Source: Myxococcales bacterium
GTDB taxonomy: Bacteria > Myxococcota > Myxococcia > Myxococcales > Anaeromyxobacteraceae
Reading direction: 5' to 3'
Assembly: GCA_038320275.1 (NCBI GenBank)
Contig: JBBQEB010000070.1
Coordinates: 1 to 18,311, forward strand
DNA: 18,311 bases
Below are positions 9,208 to 18,311 of this stretch, in pieces (position 1 is the stretch's first letter; every line of letters begins with the position of its first letter). The notes under the pieces were generated by a model, which worked only from the letters and a program-made list of their open reading frames with translations, searched no databases and was not told where the DNA came from. A program made the position numbers and the translations under genes.

Positions 9208-10856
<1,649 letters not shown>

Positions 10857-10934
10857 GCGCACATCCTCGCACGCGGCGGGCCGCGAGGCTTCGATCGTCT
10901 GGGGAGCGGGTGCGCTTTTCCCCGCGCGGCGGAT

Positions 10935-11178
10935 CCGACCGCTAACCCGACCACGAGCTCGACCTCGACCTCGACCGCGACCTCGACCCCGACCGCGACC
11001 TCGACCCCGACCGCGACCGCGACCGCGACCGCGAACCCGACCACGACCCCGACCTCGACCTCGACCTCGACCTCGACCGCGACCGCGACCGCGACCGCGA
11101 ACTCGACCTAGACCGCGACCCCGACCGCGAACTCGACCACGACCCCGGACCGCAACCCCCGACCGCGACCCCGACCCC
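10935..11178. repeat. Intergenic degenerate hexamer tandem repeat (NCGACC)n, about 40 units
   Basis: Directly visible TCGACC/GCGACC/CCGACC/ACGACC units stay in 6-nt phase from 10935 to about 11146. Two 1-nt slips occur near the right end. Confidence 0.95.
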
Positions 11179-11183
11179 GTGCC

Positions 11184-12460
<1,277 letters not shown>

Positions 12461-12578
12461 CAGCGCCGCCCCGGCCGTTCCGCCGGGCCCTGGCGCACGG
12501 AGCGCGAATCGGACCTATCGTTTCGAGGCATGCCGCACAGCATGCGCACGCCCCGCCCCCGGGGCGAGGAGACGGCTG

Positions 12579-13568
12579 ATGACCCGACGCGAATTCTTGC
12601 AGCTCTCCGCCGCTCTCACGGTCGCACCCGAGCTCGCCAGCGGGGCCTCGCCTGCCCGGGCGATCCCCCGCCGAAGGCTCGGACGCACCGGCGTCGAGCT
12701 CCCGATGGTGGGCCTCGGGGGCTGGCACGTCGGCTGCCAATCGGACGAGAAGGAGAGCATCGCCATCGTGCGCGCGGCCATCGACGGCGGGATCACCTTT
12801 CTCGACAACTGCTGGGACTACAACGAGGGGCAGAGCGAGCTGCGCATGGGCAAGGCGCTCCGCGACGGATACCGGAATCGCGCCTTCCTCATGACGAAGG
12901 TCGATGGGCGCGACCGCCGCACCGCCAGCCGTCAGCTGGAAGAGTCGCTGCGCCGCCTGCGGACGGACCACCTCGACCTCGTGCAGCTCCACGAGGTCAT
13001 CTACCCCAACGATCCGGAGCGCGCCTTCGCGCCAGGCGGAGCCATCGAGGCGCTCGCCGAGGCGAAGAAGGCGGGCAAGGCGCGCTTCGTCGGGTTCACC
13101 GGCCACAAGTCGCCCGAGATCCACCTCGCCATGCTGCGGGCCGCCGCCGCGCACGGCTTCCGGTTCGACACGGTGCAGATGCCGCTCAACGTCCTCGACG
13201 CCCACCACGACTCCTTCGAGAAGAAGGTTCTCCCGGTGCTGCTGGAGGAGGGGATCGGCGTGCTGGGGATGAAATCGATGGGCGACGGGCTCGTCCTGGA
13301 GAGCAAGGCCGCCACGCCGGAGGAATGCCTTCACTACCAGATGAGCCTGCCGGTGAGCGTGACCATCACCGGCTGCGACTCGATGAAGGTTCTCGATCAG
13401 GCGCTGCGGGTGGCGCGCGGCTTCACGCCCCTCCTGGAGAGCGAGATCGAGTCCCTGCTCGCCCGCACGGCGGCGGCCGCCCAGGGCGGACGCTGGGAAA
13501 AGTACAAGACCGAGCGCGAGTTCGACGGCACCTTTGCGAGCCCGGAGTGGCTGGGGACGCCCGCGTAG
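12579..13568 (+). CDS. Aldo/keto reductase with twin-arginine-like N-terminus
   Basis: ATG 12579 follows GAGGAG at 12566-12571. N-terminus MTRREFL, then RRLGRTG, GLGG, and catalytic tetrad candidates in FLDNCWDY, MTKV and QLHE. 329 aa. Confidence 0.92.
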   Translation: MTRREFLQLSAALTVAPELASGASPARAIPRRRLGRTGVELPMVGLGGWHVGCQSDEKESIAIVRAAIDGGITFLDNCWDYNEGQSELRMGKALRDGYRNRAFLMTKVDGRDRRTASRQLEESLRRLRTDHLDLVQLHEVIYPNDPERAFAPGGAIEALAEAKKAGKARFVGFTGHKSPEIHLAMLRAAAAHGFRFDTVQMPLNVLDAHHDSFEKKVLPVLLEEGIGVLGMKSMGDGLVLESKAATPEECLHYQMSLPVSVTITGCDSMKVLDQALRVARGFTPLLESEIESLLARTAAAAQGGRWEKYKTEREFDGTFASPEWLGTPA

Positions 13569-13583
13569 GACGCGCGCGCCTGC

Positions 13584-14840
13584 TCAGGGAGGGCCCGGCA
13601 CCGAGGAGGGCAACCAGGCCGAACGAGCGCGCCACAGGGCGGCAGCCCCGAGCAGCGCGAAGGCCCAGAAGGCGACGGCGCCCCCGCGGAGCGCGGGCAG
13701 AAGGTAGAGCAGCGTCACCGCCGAGGCGGCCCAGGCCCGGTCTCGCACAGCCGGAAGGGGGTCCCGGAACCAGAGCGCGGCGACCGGCACCACCAGGACG
13801 AAGCTGTAGTGCGACAGCGTGCCCGGGTAGAGGAGCAGCCCCGCGGCGACGAAGCTCGAGAAGCACTCCGCCGGATGCGTGTCGCGGCACCTGCTGCCGG
13901 CCCAGAGCACGAGGGCTGCCAAGGGCAGCGCCAGAGCGCCATACGCCGCCACCCCCATCGCGGTGGGACCGCTCTGGCGCAGCCCCCGCAGAACCGTGCC
14001 GAGAAGTGATTGGTTCATCCACTCCACGTACACCGCGCCCGGAACCGGAGGGCGCGCGCCCGAGCGGAGCCAGTTCGCGGCGGCAGCGGGGCCGAGGACC
14101 GCCACAGAGGCGCCGGCGAGGGCCAGCATGCAGAGGACTGCGACGGCGGCCGAGCGCCAGCGGCGCCGCACCAGGAGCCACACCCCGAGCACCGCCACCC
14201 AGGGCTTCACGGCGGCGCCGAGCGCCACCCACGCTCCGGCCCGGTCGCGGTCGCGGTCCCCCCACGCAAGGGCCAGCAGCAGTGCCACGAGCACGTTGGT
14301 CTGAGCGTAGAAGAACGTCTGCTGGAGGCCGAAGCTGGCCGCGCACAGGGTGAGCGCCGCGAGGAGCCCAGGCTTGCCCGGATCGCCCAGCACGCGGCGC
14401 GCCAGCACGACGACGAGGCCGATCAGCAGGGCGGCCTGGAAGGCGCTCCACGCGACGAGCCCCGCCCGTGGCGAGAGGAATCCGAGCGGCAGGAAGAGCA
14501 GGATCGACGGCGGCGGATAGAAGAACCCGGTGGCCAGGATCTCACTCTGGAATTCGGGGCTCGGGTGCAGGGACTCCGCCACCCGGCGCAAGTGCTCCGG
14601 GAGATATGGGTCGAGCCCGAGGTGCGCGGCGCGTCCCCAGATCCAGAAGCACAGGTAGTCCCACTCCCGGGGGGCGGCGACATTCTGCAGCACGTGCCTC
14701 GCCGCAGAGCCCAGGAACGAGGCGCAGACCGCACCGGCCATCGACGCCGCGCCGACGCGCAGCGCGCGCCCGCGGAGTGGCCAGCGCCACCGCGCCGTCG
14801 CGAGCAGCGGAACAGCGATGAGGGTGAGCAGGACGCGCAC
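13584..14840 (-). CDS. Glycosyltransferase family 87 / DUF2029-like polytopic membrane protein (GT-C)
   Basis: GGAGG lies 6 nt before GTG 14840. Motifs WDYLCFW, FFYPPPSILLFLPLG, AQTN, AVKP, NQSL and SHY, with many TM helices. Confidence 0.82.
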   Translation of the reverse strand: MRVLLTLIAVPLLATARWRWPLRGRALRVGAASMAGAVCASFLGSAARHVLQNVAAPREWDYLCFWIWGRAAHLGLDPYLPEHLRRVAESLHPSPEFQSEILATGFFYPPPSILLFLPLGFLSPRAGLVAWSAFQAALLIGLVVVLARRVLGDPGKPGLLAALTLCAASFGLQQTFFYAQTNVLVALLLALAWGDRDRDRAGAWVALGAAVKPWVAVLGVWLLVRRRWRSAAVAVLCMLALAGASVAVLGPAAAANWLRSGARPPVPGAVYVEWMNQSLLGTVLRGLRQSGPTAMGVAAYGALALPLAALVLWAGSRCRDTHPAECFSSFVAAGLLLYPGTLSHYSFVLVVPVAALWFRDPLPAVRDRAWAASAVTLLYLLPALRGGAVAFWAFALLGAAALWRARSAWLPSSVPGPP

Positions 14841-14905
14841 GCGAGGCCTCCGGCGTCAGGACCCGACCAGCATCGCACGGGCGGGGGCTCCCGGAAGCGA
14901 GCGAG

Positions 14906-14958
14906 CCGAAACGCAGGCGCCGGGGCCCATGCAGGCGCCCCGGCGCTGAGTGTTTCGG
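14906..14958 (-). terminator. Stable hairpin, likely intrinsic terminator or 3' stabiliser of the cytochrome c gene
   Basis: Perfect 10-bp stem GCGCCGGGGC (14917-14926) / GCCCCGGCGC (14937-14946), with outer arms CCGAAAC/GTTTCGG. It lies about 25-75 nt past the stop. The U-tract is weak. Confidence 0.6.
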
Positions 14959-14981
14959 ACTTCCGCCCGGAGGCGGGCGCG

Positions 14982-16667
14982 TCAGTGCGTGTCGTCGAGG
15001 CTCTTCAGGAACTGGACGATGTCGGCGCGGTGCGCCGCGTCGGACACGAAGAAGGCATGCGGAGCGTTCGCGCCGCGGGCCGGATCCATGAGCGCGTCCA
15101 TGCTCGGCACGGAGCTGTCGTGCAGGAAGTTCGGCTTGCGGGCGAGATCGAGGAGCAGCGGCAGCGCGCTGCCTCTCACCTCACCGCGGCGGCTCGCCTC
15201 GACCACCACCGTCTTGTCGTCGAAGATGGTGGTGGGGTCGTCCTGGATCGGCGCGAAGGCCACCGGACGGAACGGCGGCTCGACCGGGCGCTGCGCCAGC
15301 ACCATGGGCGCGTAGGCGACGAGCAGCTTCTGCTGAGGCACGACGAAGCCGGGGACGCGCACGCTCTGGCTCACGTTGTGGCAGGTGGTGCACTGGGCCG
15401 CGCCTCGGAAGAAGTCGCGCCCGCGCGCCACGGCCGCCGCGTCGAGCCCCGCCGGAGCCGGGGGCGCGTGCAGGCTGTCCGTGTAGGCGTTGAGGTCGAG
15501 GAGCTTCGCGCTGTCCACCCGGAGGCCGACGGGCGCGGCCTCGCTGCCGGCCGCGACGCCGGCTGGGAGCGCGTTCGTCTTCAGGAACGGGAACCCGGTG
15601 CCGGGCGAGGTGGCCCCCGGCCCCATCACGCCGGTGTCGGTGAGGATCTGCTGATAGGTGTCCGCGATCTCCTTCCCGGCCGCGGCGCCGCCGAGCGCCA
15701 TCAGGAAGGCGCGGCCTCCGGGGGTCACGAGAGAGGTCGGATCGAGGAGCGCCGTGTAGACGAGGTTGTCGAAGTTGTCGAGGACGGCGATGTCGCCCGG
15801 CGTGCCCCAGGGGGCGCCCAGGTCGGTGCGGAAGAAGGGGACGATGTGCTGCGGCGCCCCGTTGCCGTCGGGCGCGTCATCGAAGGAGCCGAGGGGATAG
15901 TAGTCTGGATTCGAGAGGTAGGCGTCCACCTGTGCCTCGGTGGAGGTTCCGGTGATGGCTGCGCTGTCCGGGGCGCGCCCGATCGACTTGTTGCCGTTCG
16001 CCGCGAGCTTGAGCTGCAGGAGCGGGTAGTACGCGCGCGAGTTCGCCGCCGTGGCCAGGATCTTGCCCACGTTGAGCGTGTGCGGCGTGGGACCGTCCAC
16101 CCGCTTGCCGATGGAACCGCCGTTCGGGACCGATGCGACCGAGCCGTCGGTGATGGCGTGGCAGAGGGCGCAGCTCACGCCCACCTTGTCACCCTTGGTG
16201 ACGTCGGGCTTGCCCCCGGCGCCGCTGGTGCCCACCGCCACCACGCCGATGACGGCGTTGGCGTTGATGAGCGCGATCGTCGTGGCGGGGTCGTTGAGGA
16301 TGGGGCCGCTGGTGCCCTTCGCGGCGAGCTCGGCCGCGACGGCCGCCTTGGTGGCGGCGTCGAGCGCGTCCACATCCACATGGAGCCCGAGCTGCAGCGC
16401 CTGGACCGGAGTCACCTTGGCGGCCACGATGCCCTGGGGGAGCTTCATCGCATCGGTCCAGAAACCCTCGTTGCCGAAGGTGGCGAAGCGGAAGACCTGC
16501 TGCCCCGAGGTCAGGTCGCCCTTGCCATGGGCGAAGGCGGGCCCCTGATCCGCCGGGCCGTCCGCGGTCGAGCCGCCGTGGTTCTGGTTGTCACTACCGC
16601 AGGCGAGGCCGGCTGCGGCGATGAGCCCGCACGTTCCCCACCACCATGAGCGCGTCGAAATCGTCAC
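14982..16667 (-). CDS. Putative di-heme c-type cytochrome lipoprotein of unknown function
   Basis: GTG 16667 with AGGAG 5 nt upstream. Lipobox-like GLAC. CXXCH motifs CALCH (16158-16172) and CTTCH (15378-15392). C-terminal PNFLHDSSVPS. 561 aa. Confidence 0.82.
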   Translation of the reverse strand: MTISTRSWWWGTCGLIAAAGLACGSDNQNHGGSTADGPADQGPAFAHGKGDLTSGQQVFRFATFGNEGFWTDAMKLPQGIVAAKVTPVQALQLGLHVDVDALDAATKAAVAAELAAKGTSGPILNDPATTIALINANAVIGVVAVGTSGAGGKPDVTKGDKVGVSCALCHAITDGSVASVPNGGSIGKRVDGPTPHTLNVGKILATAANSRAYYPLLQLKLAANGNKSIGRAPDSAAITGTSTEAQVDAYLSNPDYYPLGSFDDAPDGNGAPQHIVPFFRTDLGAPWGTPGDIAVLDNFDNLVYTALLDPTSLVTPGGRAFLMALGGAAAGKEIADTYQQILTDTGVMGPGATSPGTGFPFLKTNALPAGVAAGSEAAPVGLRVDSAKLLDLNAYTDSLHAPPAPAGLDAAAVARGRDFFRGAAQCTTCHNVSQSVRVPGFVVPQQKLLVAYAPMVLAQRPVEPPFRPVAFAPIQDDPTTIFDDKTVVVEASRRGEVRGSALPLLLDLARKPNFLHDSSVPSMDALMDPARGANAPHAFFVSDAAHRADIVQFLKSLDDTH

Positions 16668-16891
16668 GTGAGCTCCTGAACGGGGCTGGACCGATGCCCA
16701 GACCTTTCGCGCCAGAGTGCGCAACGAGAACCTAGGCATCCGTTCGCGGCGAGGGCGCGGCGCCCGGACGGCGAGTCCGGAGCGCCTTGGGCGAATCGTC
16801 GGCTGGGCCTCTCGGGGTCCAAGACGATCCCGCAGGTTCGGCGGCGTGCCGGAGCTAAGGATGCGCGCGTCTCCTGCCCGGGGTTGACGCG

Positions 16892-17347
16892 ATGAGCTAT
16901 GTCCGCAATTTTCGCCTCCGCTGGTCCGACGCCGACGCCAACGGTCACGTTCGACACACCGTCTACCCGGAGCTCGGCGCCGAGGTTCGCCTCGCCTTCT
17001 TGGCGGAGGGTGGCTTCGACTGGAAGCGGCTGGAGGAGCTCGGCCTCGGGCCGGTGTTGCTGCGGGAGGAGGTCGACTACCTGCGCGAGCTCGGGATCGG
17101 CGAAGAGGTCACCGCCAACCTGGAGGCGGTGGCGCTCTCACAGGACGGCGCTCGCTGGAAGCTTCGCCACACGGTCCGAAAGCTCGGAGGCGAGGTTGCC
17201 GGACGGGTGCTGGTGACGGGTGGCTGGATCGACCTCCAGCGCAGGAAGCTCGCCGTTCCTCCGGAAGGGCTGGCTGCGCGCCTTCGCGAGGCGCCCCGGG
17301 GAGACGGGTGCGAGGAGCTGCCGCCCCTTCGCGTCGATCCGCGCTGA
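16892..17347 (+). CDS. Acyl-CoA thioesterase (hotdog fold, 4HBT/YbgC-like)
   Basis: RWSDADANGHV motif, EVDYLREL and GGWIDL. 151 aa. Confidence 0.9.
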   Translation: MSYVRNFRLRWSDADANGHVRHTVYPELGAEVRLAFLAEGGFDWKRLEELGLGPVLLREEVDYLRELGIGEEVTANLEAVALSQDGARWKLRHTVRKLGGEVAGRVLVTGGWIDLQRRKLAVPPEGLAARLREAPRGDGCEELPPLRVDPR

Positions 17348-17509
17348 GCGCCTCGCCGGCGAGGTCGAAGACCGCGCTGGCTCCGTGGGTCGGGGTCCGT
17401 CTGCAGCGTTGGACGGACGTCTTGCTTGGGTTCGCGCCGCGCGCGGTGAGGGCGTGAGCGCAAACGGAACCGAGCGGTGCCGCGGTGCGGCGACTAATTC
17501 TCGCCTCCT

Positions 17510-18311
17510 ATGGACCAGCAGCTCACCCCCATGCAGCGGTTCTTTCTGGCGTTCGTGGCCTTCTTCACGGTGCTGTTCGACGGCGCATTCGCCGAGGAGG
17601 TGCGCCGGGTGCGCGAGCGCCAGCGGGGTGGGACGCTTCCGCCGGCCGGCACGACCTCGGGCTCGGCCGCTGGCGCCACCGTGGAGCTGACCCCGAGCCC
17701 GACGACGAGCCCGACCGCGATTCCGACCCCGACCCCGACTTCGACCCCGACCCCGACTTCGACCCCGACTTCGACCCCGACTTCGACCCCGACCCCGACT
17801 TCGACCCCGACTTCGACCCCGACCTCGACCCCGACCTCGACCTCGACCTCGACCTCGACCCCGATGTCGGCCCCTGCGCCCGTGCCGGCGCTTGCGCCTG
17901 CGCCTGCGGCGACCCCGCTGCGCTCCGGGCCGAACCGCGCGGTCTCGCCTCCCGTGCCGCCGCCAGCCCCGGCGCCCGCGCGCCCGGACCACTCCGAGGC
18001 CCTGCAGGTGCTCGCCCTCCTCCAGCGCGACGGGCGGCTCGTCGACTTCCTGGCAGAGGATCTGGCCGGGTTCTCCGACGCCGAGATCGGCGCCGCTGCC
18101 CGCACCGTTCACGAAGGGTGCAAGAAGCTGCTGGGGAGCTACGTCGAGCTGGAGCCCGTCTACCGCGAGCCCGAGGGCGCCCGCGTGACGGTGGGTGCCG
18201 GCTTCGATCCCTCCTCGGTCCGGCTGAGCGGCAACGTGGTGGGCTCGCCGCCCTTCCAGGGCAGCCTGAAGCACCACGGCTGGCGCGTCACGCGCGCGAG
18301 CTTCCCGCCGC
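17510..18311 (+). CDS. DUF2760 domain-containing protein, 3'-truncated by the window
   Basis: Not in the ORF track because there is no stop in the window. My translation: MDQQLTPMQRFFLAFVAFFTVLFDG, then a T/P/S linker, then ALQVLALLQRDGRLVDFLAED...SDAEIGAAARTVHEGC...LSGNVVGSPPFQGSLKHHGW. The frame is kept across the repeat. Confidence 0.88.
   Translation, partial: MDQQLTPMQRFFLAFVAFFTVLFDGAFAEEVRRVRERQRGGTLPPAGTTSGSAAGATVELTPSPTTSPTAIPTPTPTSTPTPTSTPTSTPTSTPTPTSTPTSTPTSTPTSTSTSTSTPMSAPAPVPALAPAPAATPLRSGPNRAVSPPVPPPAPAPARPDHSEALQVLALLQRDGRLVDFLAEDLAGFSDAEIGAAARTVHEGCKKLLGSYVELEPVYREPEGARVTVGAGFDPSSVRLSGNVVGSPPFQGSLKHHGWRVTRASFPP
17711..17863 (+). repeat. In-frame hexamer repeat (YCGACY)n, about 25 units, encoding a PT/ST linker
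   Basis: CCGACC/CCGACT/TCGACC units, with a recurrent 12-mer CCGACTTCGACC and a degenerate lead-in from about 17690. Confidence 0.95.

Noticed and set aside
10935..11178. Repeat array as a CRISPR array
   Set aside because: It has a 6-nt period with no unique spacers, and there are no cas genes in the window.
12491..12506. Sigma-54-like TGGCGCACGGAGCGC upstream of the AKR gene
   Set aside because: The GG-N10-GC spacing fits, but the TTGC element is absent, so it is too weak in GC-rich DNA.
14010..16649. 879-aa + ORF and other long alternative-frame ORFs (6389..8575, 12350..14353, 4210..5724, 5139..6389, 17138..18277)
   Set aside because: They overlap well-supported genes, are Arg/Gly/Pro-rich and contain no recognisable motifs.
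17410..17426. Sigma-54 promoter-like TGGACGGACGTCTTGCT upstream of DUF2760
   Set aside because: GG-to-GC spacing is 11 nt rather than the strict 10.

Overview
Very GC-rich bacterial window. Gene content and codon style suggest a myxobacterium such as an Anaeromyxobacter-like organism (inference). It is mostly housekeeping and accessory genes. The + strand starts with a partial GT87-like membrane protein, an acyltransferase, an alpha/beta hydrolase and hemF. A small - strand PGPGW-type membrane gene follows, then grxC, an unannotated 52-aa ORF coupled to a 155-aa membrane protein, and a HIT protein. A - strand run of four overlapping genes encodes pgm, an SDR/epimerase, a CHASE histidine kinase and a spinster-like MFS transporter. 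Next come a frameshifted RecQ-family helicase, a Tat-signal aldo/keto reductase, a GT87 glycosyltransferase, a di-heme cytochrome c lipoprotein, a thioesterase, and a partial DUF2760 gene that the ORF track misses. The most unusual structure is a degenerate hexamer repeat (NCGACC) present twice on the same strand: about 40 units between recQ and pgm, and about 25 units in frame inside the DUF2760 gene. I see no RNA genes, CRISPR arrays or mobile elements, and no clearly demonstrable new system. The best leads are the repeat family, the di-heme lipoprotein and the coupled kinase operon.
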